A stretch of DNA of 64,000 nt, from contig NC_042997.1 of assembly GCF_006345805.1 (NCBI RefSeq), forward strand, positions 123,690,001-123,754,000, given 5' to 3'. The position numbers were made by a program, and so were the translations under genes. Origin of the DNA: Octopus sinensis. Lineage: Eukaryota. The notes beneath the pieces were generated by a model. That model was not told the DNA's origin and made no database searches. It saw only the letters and a list, made by a program, of their open reading frames with translations. This document shows, one piece after another, positions 51,778 through 62,185 of the stretch (the stretch's first letter is position 1; the number at the start of each line of letters is the position of its first letter).

Positions 51778-52235
51778 AAGCGGCTGACCTCCCCTGTTCG
51801 AAGGTTTGTAATGGACGCAGGTTCGTGTGTCAAATAGCTAGCTAGAGGCGATGGCCTCTTGGAGCTAATCAGCGACAGCTTTAGTCTTATATTTATAGAC
51901 TACCATATTAGTATGGCGATAACTATTAATATCCAGTAACGCTGCCGTAATCTCCTTTAGAGAGACTTAGTAATTTTAATATTTCTATTATTGAAAACAA
52001 GTGGATGTATCCCACTGTAACTAGGTAAATAAAATCTTCGAACAGACGGTCAGTAGCGACACCCGCTTTTTGTTTTTGGTGACCGATATTTCTGATTGCG
52101 TTATTGTTGTGTAGCTATATTTTTTGGCGTCGGAAAAATTTTGACTACGTTATTGTGGTGTAGCGGTTCGTGAGATCGAATCCGGTGGTGGAAGTTGTTA
52201 CGGCGTGGTGAAGTTTTTGAGATTTTTTCACGAAA

Positions 52236-53573
52236 ATGGAAACCCAGACGTATGCGGGTGCAGCAGGCAAGCGCCTGGTTGCGAAGGAGTTGCAGTTAGA
52301 AGAAGTCATCGTCGAGATGGAGACTTTGAACAAGTATTTCGACAGCTTGAAGAGGGAGGGTGACTGTGTGAAGGTCACACCACCCGAAGAAGAAGCGGAA
52401 GAAGCGGAGAAACAGATTATAACGTACAAAACATGGAGCGTGACTTCGAAGAAAATAGAAGTGGCACCGATAGAGGAAGTTGAATGCTGTCTTAAAGGAA
52501 TAGAAGCAGAGTCTACCTACTATAACAGAGGTAGAAAGTTCGCAACGGTGGTCGTCCACTTTAAAAGTGAAGACGAGGCGAAGAAGAACGCAACGAAAAT
52601 TTTAAAAACTGATAGATGGATGTGTTTACCAAGCTACTGCGGGAAAAGGGCAGTCAGAATAAAAATAAGCAAGATTTCGCCAGAGCTAAATATGGAAAGG
52701 ATTTTAGCAGCAGTGGTGTTTAATTGCAAAGAAAACGTGGAAATGTTGAAAGTCGAAAAATCAAAAGATGTAAAGTGGTGGGGTTATGCAGTGCAGGCGT
52801 TAGTCCACATTACAATGCCTGACCTGTATAACATCCCGGAGGAGTTGGTGTTCCCCGTCGAGACACGTCTCAGAGACGTGGTGGAGGGGAGACCGCCAGT
52901 GTGTCACAAATGCAAAATAAGAGGCCACATGAAGGATGTATGTCCGCTGAGAGAAGTACAGGAGAAAACGATAGCACTGGAGACTTTAACGAATGAGTTG
53001 CAAGATGCGTGTGTGGAGGAGGGAGAAATCGTTACTACAGATAATGCGGAAAGTGGTGACGAGTTGGAGAGAGAAAATAGAAAAAGAACGCGCGTGGAAT
53101 CACCACCCAAAGAACAAAAAAAGAAGAAGAAAAAAGCGAAAAACAAGATTACTGACGAGAAGGAAAACCGAACGGGAGAAGAGGATACAAAAGCAGAAGT
53201 TAGTGAACCGCTAAAAGCAGTTGAAGAATGGGACAGAAAATTGAAACAGCAGTTGAAAGCTTGTAAGAGAGGAGGAGGACTCAAGGGAAAGAAACACAGA
53301 GTGGCAATGTTATACGACAAGGACTTAAATTTGGAAAAGATGTTGCCAGGTAGGAAAGACTTAATTAGAGTAAAGTTGACCCCAGGAATATTTGATAAAT
53401 ATTGGAAGGCGGTAATCGTGGAGAAAGAGACGGTACGCAAATTGAAGGAATATAGCGCATTTGAATGGTTATATTTACGTTATGACACCTTACCAGCTGA
53501 TGTGGATCAGGAAGGCTTACTAGAGTATATAACAGATGAAAGACCAGTCTATGCAGACGAGTACCAAACGTAG
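52236..53573 (+). CDS. 445-aa L1/Tx1 ORF1-like nucleic-acid-binding protein (RRM-like region, CX2CX4HX4C knuckle, K-rich NLS-like tract, unknown C-terminal domain)
   Basis: Intact ATG to TAG. Motifs: TQTYAGAAG, FATVVVHFKSEDEA, PSYCGKRAVRIKISKI, VVEGRPPVCHKCKIRGHMKDVC, RKRTRVESPPK...KKKKKK. The paralog shows strong synonymous bias. Confidence 0.85.
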   Translation: METQTYAGAAGKRLVAKELQLEEVIVEMETLNKYFDSLKREGDCVKVTPPEEEAEEAEKQIITYKTWSVTSKKIEVAPIEEVECCLKGIEAESTYYNRGRKFATVVVHFKSEDEAKKNATKILKTDRWMCLPSYCGKRAVRIKISKISPELNMERILAAVVFNCKENVEMLKVEKSKDVKWWGYAVQALVHITMPDLYNIPEELVFPVETRLRDVVEGRPPVCHKCKIRGHMKDVCPLREVQEKTIALETLTNELQDACVEEGEIVTTDNAESGDELERENRKRTRVESPPKEQKKKKKKAKNKITDEKENRTGEEDTKAEVSEPLKAVEEWDRKLKQQLKACKRGGGLKGKKHRVAMLYDKDLNLEKMLPGRKDLIRVKLTPGIFDKYWKAVIVEKETVRKLKEYSAFEWLYLRYDTLPADVDQEGLLEYITDERPVYADEYQT

Positions 53574-53794
53574 CAGAGTAATATATGTAATTGTAAAATT
53601 GTAAATTGTGAAATTGTAATTTAAATGAAACTGCGAGCTTTGGGGGGCTCGTAAGCCGTTCCATCTCATCCATTATAAATATCCATTTCAATTCATAATT
53701 TTCGATTTTTTTTACTTTATGTACCCCACGTCCTGTCTTGTAATATCCCCTCTTAATTCGGGCCTCAGTGCCTATAATAAATATTTCAGTAGCG

Positions 53795-53875
53795 ACACCT
53801 GCGGGTCTGACTACGCTGCATTGATACAGGGCAACAAACCTGAAACATGTCTGAAGATGTCTGACTAGCAAGATG
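53795..53875 (+). ncRNA. Type I hammerhead fold, U3-A8 variant, copy 2 (A9C lesion)
   Basis: CUGCA-UUGAUAC-AGGG-CAACAA-ACCU-GAAA-C-AU-GUC (site after 53851). Confidence 0.55.
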
Positions 53876-54146
53876 ACGCGGTTGACCTCCCCTGTTCGAA
53901 GGTTTGTAATGGACGCAGGTTCGTGTTTCACATAGCTAGCTAGAGGCGGTGGCCTCTTGGAGCTAATCAGCGACAGCTTTAGTCTTATATTTATAAGACT
54001 GCCGTATTAGTATGACGATAACTATTAATATCCAGTAACGCTGCCGTAATCTCCTAGGTAAATAAAGCGTTATTGTTGAGTCGCAGTTGTGAGATCGAAT
54101 TCGTTGGTGGAAGCGTTTGCGGCGCTGGGAATTTTTTTTCTCAAAA

Positions 54147-55467
54147 ATGCAAACCCAAACGTATGCGGGAGCGGCAGGCAAGGGCCTGGCTGCGAGCGAA
54201 CTACAGTTGGAAGAAGTTACAGTCAAGAAGGAGATTTTGAAGAATTATTTCGACAGCTTGAAGAGAGAAGGTGACTGTGTGAGGATCACACCACCTGAAG
54301 AAGAAGCGAAAGATTCAGAGAAACGTATTATAACTGACAGAACGTGGAACGTGTCTTCAAAGAAAGGAGAAATGGCACGGATAGAGGAAATCGAGCGCTG
54401 TCTGAATGGAGTTGAAGGAGAACCTACCTTCTATAATAGAGGTAGAAAATACGCAACAGTGGTCGTTCATTTTAAAAACGAAGACGAAGCGAAGAAGAAC
54501 GCCACGCAAATACTGAAAACAGAAAAATGGATGTTATTACCAAGTTATCGTGGAAAAAGGGCAGTAAGAATACGAATCAGTAAGATTTCGCCGGAGCTGA
54601 ACATGGAAAGAATCTTAGCGGCAGCGGTATTCAACTGCAAAGAAAGCGTTGAAATATTGAAAGTAGAAAAATCGAAAGATGTACAGTGGTGGGGTTATGC
54701 GGTGCAGGCTTTGGTTCATATAACCATACCAGACCTGTATAACATCCCAGAGGAGTTGGTGTTCCCCGACGAGACGAGACTCAGAGTCGTGGTGGAGGGG
54801 AGACCACCAGTGTGCTACAAGTGTAAAATTAGAGGCAACATGAAAGATGTGTGTCCGACGAGAATATTGGAAGCTCTGACAGAGATATTGCAAATGGCAG
54901 ATGAAAAATGTGTAAACACAGAAAATGAGGAAAGTGGTGACGAGTTGGAGAAAGGAATGGAAAACACAGAAGGAAAAGTAGATAGAAAGAGAGCGAGGGT
55001 GCAATCACCACCTAAAGTTCAAAAAAAGAAAAAAGCTAAAAATAAGACAATAGACGAGATGGAAGATCGAACGTGCGAAGATAAGAATACAAAAGCGAAA
55101 GCGAGAGAACCGGCAAATTTAACGGCAGACCAAGAATGGGGAAGAAGAGTGAAAGAGAAGTTAAAAGTATGTAAGGAAGGAAGAAGACCCGAAGGAAAAA
55201 AATCTTAAGGTAGTAATATTGTATATGAAAGACAAAGAAATCGAAAAAAGACTGGCAGCTAAGAAAGGTTTAATCAGGGTTAGGCTGAATCCAAAAATAT
55301 TTGATGACCAAGTGAAGTCGGCGGTTGTAGAGAAAGAGACATTTATAAAATTGAAAAGTGTGTTTTCGACTGTTTGTGAAATGCAATATATCCGTTACGA
55401 CAGTTTGCCAGCGATTGTAGACCAGGAGAAGTTAATAGAATACATTACAGATGAACGCTCAGTATAG
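54147..55467 (+). pseudogene. Second ORF1-like cassette with a +1 frameshift in an A7 run (55196-55202) and an H-to-N change in the knuckle
   Basis: ATG at 54147 aligns with 52236. Removing one A fuses 54147-55208 with 55219-55467 (EGK-NLKVVILYMKD...), colinear with copy 1. The knuckle reads CYKCKIRGNMKDVC. Confidence 0.75.
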
Positions 55468-55652
55468 CAGAACTGTATTTTAAATGAAACTACGAGTTTT
55501 GGGGGGCTCGTAAGCCATTCCATTTAATTCATTACAAATAATTCATTTTCATATCATATTTTTCGATTTCTTAAATTTATGTACCCCACGTCCTATTTTG
55601 TAATATCCCCTCTTAATTCGGGCCATCGTACCTATAATAAAGATAATAGCGA

Positions 55653-55732
55653 CACCTGCGGGTCTGACTATGGTGCATTGATAAAGGGCAACAGCCCTGA
55701 AACATGTCTGCAGATGTCTGACTAGCAAGGTG
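55653..55732 (+). ncRNA. Type I hammerhead fold, U3-A8 variant, copy 3 (best preserved)
   Basis: UGCA-UUGAUAA-AGGGC-AACA-GCCCU-GAAA-C-AU-GUC-UGCA (site after 55708), plus a distal stem I helix GGUCUGAC/GUCUGACU. Confidence 0.75.
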
Positions 55733-55959
55733 AAGAGGCTGACCTCCCCTGTTCGAAGGTTTGTAATGGACGCAGGTTTGTGTGTCAAATAGCTAGCTAG
55801 AGGCGATGGCCTCTTGAAGCTAATCAGCGACAGCTTTAGTCTTATATTTATAGACTACCATATTAGTATGACGGTAACTATTAATATCCAGTAACGCCGC
55901 CGTAATCTTCTTTAGAGAGACTTAGTAATTTTAATATTTCTATTATTTATATATATATA

Positions 55960-56008
<49 letters not shown>

Positions 56009-57204
56009 TACACACAGTGTGTATATGGGTGAAGTTACGTTTAAGCAATCCACCACAAAAAATATTTTGAATAGAAAGTGTATGTATTATTCACAAGGCA
56101 GCGCTTCCGTTGAAATCATTTTGGAACCTAGCCACAATCTCCATGGACTGAAAGCAAAATATTATCAATTTGTTTCAATTCTCTTTGATGACCTTGCCGA
56201 TATATGAATAGGAACGATGCGAGCCATTAAAAGAATGAATCTAGTCTATTTCTGGATGAATGCCCTAATAAACTTCAGTAGAAAACTGCAGCATTCCTGG
56301 AACAACATATTATGGCGTTTTGGTATTGATAAATAATTTTGATGGATTGTGCTTGACAAACATACTCACATACATATATAATGTTATATTTGCTTCTTTA
56401 GGCTTAGGAAAGAATAATTTACTGAGAAAAAAGAATATGCGTATTTATTCTGTATTTTTAGAGTCTTTCAACTATCAATGTCTTGGAATTTATTTTCATG
56501 TCCGCATCTATAACCTATTTTAGAGAGCCTGCATATTTTGGCTTATATATAATTTGTTAACAATCACACGAACGTGCGCGCACACGCACACACACCCACA
56601 CACAACGATGCACACGCGTGTACATACACATATACACGGACGAAAATACACAAAATGATAACCACTGATTTATATTATAAAGAGCATTTCAATGGCAGAG
56701 TTTTCCAGTGATCTTTTCCTTGGAAATAATTTAGTCATACATATACATACACATATATAAAAAATATGTGTGCATATGCATGTGTATGCTTGCGTGTGTG
56801 TGTTTGTTTGTGTTTGTGTGTGTGTATTTGTGTGTGAGTACAACATTTAGATATGTTTCTATCAAAATCATCCCAAACCGCGTCTAATTTAATAATAGTA
56901 CCACCTCTTAGAATCGTCTAAATCATTTTAAGACACGTTTTTGATATCTTGGTATAATATAGGAGAACAAAATGTGTAGTACTTAACTAATAGCAGGGGT
57001 TTTCAGTAAGTATTCAATAATAATTGCATTACAAAATTACGTAGTTTTCATTTTAGCCCAAGCTAGCTGTATTCAGAAATATGAAAATCAAAGAAGAATT
57101 TATAAATAATCATAGAGACTTATACTTGTACAGCTGTTGTAAACAGATACACAGTTGATAACAAAGTATCGCCGTGAAGAATGATTTCACATTATTTTTT
57201 ATTT

Positions 57205-57442
57205 ATTTATTTATGCGCCCTTTTCAAGCCTAGCCAGGGTCATGGGCCCTGTTTTCCAGTTTGTATTTCAGGCGTATGTGTTCTCCCCAGCTGGACGGGA
57301 GGCCAGTCCATCGCAGCGTTATCCAAGAAACAAGAAGAAAGAGTGAGAGAAATAAACACGCACAACGCCCGGTCTGCGAATCGAAACCGTGATCCTCTGA
57401 CCGCGAATCCGCTGCCCTAACCACTGGGGCATTGCGCCTCCA
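57205..57442 (-). mobile_element. tRNA-derived SINE, family C
   Basis: Homologous to 5705-5976; the minus-strand head GTGGAGGCGCAATGCCCCAGTGG...GGTTTCGATTC. Confidence 0.85.
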
Positions 57443-58081
57443 CGATATCACGTTATACGTGTCATTTAGTATGCAAGTGTAAATCGCTGTTATTAACTTA
57501 ACTTATCTCTTTATTATATGGAGATGTATATTTAGCGTGGTAGAGAGGAACTCAGCAAAAGAACGAGAGAATGTGATTATTGACGTTAACAGTTCGTAAC
57601 GAATTCTATAAAACGTAACAGCTACAAATTTAAAATAACTTTCATATATTATTCTAGATTAGCTTTACCTGATGTATCGATTTTACTTGCATTAATTTTT
57701 GACCAAAATATTCCTGTAAATCGTTCAACAAATAGTATGCAAGTTCTTTATATAAATATTGCCTGAAAGAATGTCCCATTCTGTATTATCTTATACGAAT
57801 AACAAACCAGATATATATAGTAACATTTGAAAGAAATGATTTTTGAAATTATTTCTGTCACAAAAGAGCACAGTTTAACCTTTAATCGTCTCTGTCAGTT
57901 AATGTTGACGTTATTCAAATGATTCTGAAATAAGCGATTTTATCTCTACACGTCTTTGACAAATGCTTGAAGTGGGGAAATGAAATTGATTTGATCTACA
58001 TAATGTGAACATATATAATACACAAAGAACTATGATATACATATGTATGTGTGTGTACGTGTGTGTGGGTGGGTCTATATA

Positions 58082-58113
<32 letters not shown>

Positions 58114-58123
58114 CATATATACA

Positions 58124-59547
58124 CAGGCGGTGTCCTCCACTATCCATGATCGCATCTCCTCCTCCCGTCCCCCCACCGCCTCCAACCTCATTGTCCGCAC
58201 CACTCGCACCCCCACAATAACCTAACAACCCTGATCGCCCCAGCATCTCCTACAACTGCCCCACCGAACTCATCTCCAGATATCTTGACCGTGTCCTTGA
58301 CCCCTAGCGGCTTCCCTCCTCTCTCACATCTATGACACCAACCATGCTCGTCGTCTATTCAGCCCTTTCTCCGTCCCTCCAGGCCCCTCTAAACTTCTCT
58401 TCACTCTTGACATCAAGAGACTATACACAGTGATCCCTCACCACGAGGTGCTTCGGGCACTCCATCACTACCTTGATCTTCGACCCAATCCTCAACCTGA
58501 CACATCCACACTTCTTCGTCTGGCCGAACTTGTTCTCTCGCTTGACTGCTCGTTCACGGGTGATTTTTACCAGCAGGTTTCGGGTGTGTCCACGAGATCG
58601 AGAATGGGCCCCAACTATGCGAACATGCTCGTTGGCTACGTTGAGGCCCAAATATTCTTAAGTTTCACTGGCCCCACTCCCGAATAATACGGTCGTCATA
58701 TTGACGACGGTATTGGTGCGACCTCACTCTTCTGCGAAGAACTAGCCTTCTTCCTCTCTTTTGTCAAATATTTCCATCCTGCCCTCCACTTCTCCTGCAC
58801 TATTTCCAACACTTCCGTCGCCTTTCTCGATATTTCGGACAGCATTCATCACTGCACTCTCACTACCTCTATGTACTACAAACACGCAAATACCTCAACT
58901 TCTCCTCCTCCCACCCTAAATACACTAATCTCTCTATCTACAATTCCCAATTATTCCATCTGCGCAGGCTCTGCAGTGACAACCATGACTTTGAGACTCA
59001 ATCTCAACTCCTGGCTCGCTACTTCATCCTACGTGGGTATCCCCTCACCACTATCCACACCGCCCTTGCCAGAGCGTTTTGCGTAGACCATGCATCTGCT
59101 CTCTACCCTCGCACCCCCCGTCACTCGTCTCCCGTTTCCCATTACCTACCACCCCTCTACCCTGCCTCTCTAATGCACATTTTCTGAGCCTTCCAGTGAT
59201 TCCAGTTCGACCCCCCCCACTTTGCACATCTTCTCTAACCGACTCAGCCCCTCCTTCAAACGAACCCACAACATACGTGATCTCCTGGTCCACAGTTTCT
59301 ACCCAAACCCAACCTCCCCAACCGGCTCGTTCTCCTGCTCTCGCCCACGCTGGAGCACTTGCCCTTACCTCTCCAACACCACCATCCAAAGGCACCCATC
59401 ATCGACCCTATAATATCACTGACTCCTTCACCAGCACTTCTAACAAGGTCATCTACTGCATCACCTGCTCTCTCTGTCCTTCTCTGAACATCGGCCAAAC
59501 GGGACGCCGCTTGCTTGACCGGCTCGCGAAAGACCTCCGAGACATTT
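58124..59547 (+). mobile_element. Penelope-like element RT plus GIY-YIG pseudogene (C-rich)
   Basis: NLIVRTTRTP, CPTELIS.YLD, LFTLDIKRLYTVIPH, MGPNYANML, YGRHIDD, FSCSRPRW.TCPY, VIYCITCSLC...NIGQTGRRL.DR. Confidence 0.9.
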
Positions 59548-59769
59548 CCGCATGTATGTATACGTATACATGTATATACGTATACATACCAGTTTCTCAA
59601 AATTTCCATCAGGGATTCAATAAATTTGTTGTCTGCTTGTTCTTCGGGCATATTAAGGAAAATTTGTATAAATAAATTCTCGTTTGAAGCCCCTTTCTAT
59701 ATCTCCAGGTTGAGTTATGTATGTTGTACTATGAACCTGTGCCTTGGCCTTTTAGATGGTACAACCAGG

Positions 59770-61700
59770 GTCTGTGCAATTATATTTCGGGCTGTCATCT
59801 CTCATCATAACCATTAGGCTTGCTTGAGTCACTGCACCAGCATTGTGCAGTTTAACCCCATGGTGACGTTATTTTTTTTATCAGGCCATTCGGTTGCACT
59901 GATGTCACTCAGCAATTAATGCAAGAAAATGGTTCGGCGTATATGTACGTGGACCGCTGTAAATTATGCACAGTTTTTTTAATATAAACTGTCATCACTG
60001 GGAGGACCATAAATTTAACGAAACTGGCCTAGCTGGATGCGACTGTAAATCCCATGAAGGACCACAAGATTTTGCTGAACCTTTACAAATTTGGTAGCAA
60101 ACCTTAGTGGAAATGGTGGTGTAACAGCCAAATCTACTGCTTTTATACTATTATGGCGATGAAGTTTCGATCTGTGGTTATGAGGAAGCGCTGGGAGGTA
60201 CGTGGTGGATAATAGGTTGCGGTCTAAAAATGCATTGGTGCCTCTGATGTAAATCTTCTATACCCAGCTAAACGGGCATATAATAGAGAAAGACATTCTC
60301 AGAGGTAATATGTTACAGTGAGGTAATAGTGAGAAATATTTACATGAAGATTCTAACAAACCTATCGAATTCCTTGAAATTTGCACGGTGGCCTCTGTTA
60401 TCGATTGCATCAGTGATGGCGGATATTTATATCAATGGTACACAAATAAGTAGAAAACCGCAGCAGATAGGGCTGCGTATATTATCATCATCGGATTCAA
60501 AGCGACTAAACAACTCGCGTAAATTTACGTCAACCGATGTTAAGGGGTTAATGGACGCGGCAAAATTTTCTGCTAAAATAGCTAACATTCAGAGATCTTC
60601 CTTTGAATATTCTATAATACTTGCAGTGCCTGGGGAAAATGTCATGATAATAAATTCTAAACATCATCTAGCTAGATTAGTCTTAACGCCTTTTAATTTT
60701 GACGAGTTGAACTCCAAAGCAAATCTAGTTCCAGTTTTCTTTTTTTTTTGAGAACTTTTGCTGTTATCTACACTACCAACATATGGAAGATATGCTCTGG
60801 AAATCCTCTGTTACAGAGTATGCCATTATATTAAGAAGAGATATTGTTAAAAGCCATATCATTACTAACCATGTATTTTAGTATGAAGGATGGATATGTG
60901 AAAGCATCATTAGCATATAATAGCTTTCCGTTATGTTTACTATAAAGCCTGACGGTTACAGAAAGCAGATCAAATTTCATATCTAATATTCATGCCAAAG
61001 GTTGCTTTGAAATTCATACGCTGGATGAATAAAATATGATACTTTTTAAGGCTCTTGAGATAATGCACATTGATTTTTCCATTGATGATAAGGTTGTCAT
61101 CCTTGTATAGACCGGCTTCTGCAAAAAGGGGATTCTGTATGCGAACAATATAGGTAGGTCTCGGCCTTGGCAAAAAATATGTGACTATTGGTGACTCAGA
61201 CATTGGATTTTGTTACTGAAGTGTAAATGTCCACGCTCTAAAATTGAGTATACTTTCAGTTTTATTTAGAATTCCTTTTTCTTTAACCAGTCTATAACAG
61301 ACTTGTTATTAGTCTATCATGGGAGATTTACTACGTTTTTATTCCTAAGGAAAATGGAATCTAAGTTATTTCTATACTAATTTCTAATTAACTTTTAGAT
61401 TGGTTAATAAGCAACTAAAGTCAGCTTTGTTCTCCTTAAGACTAATAAAAGTTTTTTGCGGTGGAATTTACCCTCCTGTATCGCGAGAAATTCGGTTAGT
61501 AAGGATTATTTTTCCTTCTAGATTCCCCTCGTTATATAAAACACTTATCCGTATCCTTAATATTGTTAGAGAGGAACCAGATATAAAGGCATCACTATAC
61601 ACGATTTTTATCTTGCCCGAAGGTACAGCTATTTTGTTAGTGTTTAGCATGAAATTAGGCTTTCCTTGAGTGTTCTTCGCTTACTGGAGGCAAAAAGCAA
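59770..61700 (-). mobile_element. Highly decayed Penelope-like element of the GLY(R/K)DD type
   Basis: Fragments TFISLKENK, NNKSVIDWL, TQF*SVDIYTSV, AGLYKDDNL, NRGFPE and FPRHCKYYRIFKGRSLNVSY, in PLE order. A degenerate AUGAUGA..GAAA motif lies at about 59781-59810. Confidence 0.6.
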
Positions 61701-62129
61701 TTCGGTTGTTGAGTTAAGTTGAAGTGTACGAGTACGTTGTGGCGACGATGTCACGATAAAAATATTTATTGTTTTCCAGGACACACACATTACGATATCA
61801 GAAGCCACGATATCACTGTTCCCGCTTGGTCAGCAAGGATCATGATATATAATTCTAAACTCTTGGCTTTTACACATTAATCAATAACGATCTATATGTG
61901 TAATATAGTTTATAAAGCAAAAGTAGAGAAAATGAAAATTATTTCCTTTATTCAGTATCCAAACTTGTTTTCAATTAAAACAAGTTAGATTCAATTTTGT
62001 TTCCACTCTGTGTAAGAGCTATATAAAATCTTGCAATAACTGTGGAAGCACGTTAATTTGGTTGCTATCAAAGTAAATCATTATTAATATTTGAACTGGA
62101 AGCGATAAAAAAGGCAACTGAGTCACTTG

Positions 62130-62185
<56 letters not shown>

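Larger units (their letters stand above)
51491..55947 (+). mobile_element. Hammerhead-delimited tandem array carrying two ORF1-like cassettes and no RT (A-B-A-ORF-C-B-A'-ORF-C-B-A)
   Basis: B (152 bp, hammerhead) starts at 51702, 53800 and 55657. A starts at 51491, 51853, about 53950 and about 55808. C (3' UTR) occurs at about 53620 and 55480. ORFs start at 52236 and 54147. Confidence 0.8.

Noticed and set aside
52904-53931. Antisense ORFs of 178 and 188 aa (and similar ones over the second cassette)
   Set aside because: Shadows of the sense ORF and repeats; their starts and stops are not conserved between the two cassettes, and the synonymous bias favours the plus frame.
60329-60751. 140-aa plus-strand ORF
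   Set aside because: Antisense to the decayed PLE remnant; no ATG start and no recognisable features.
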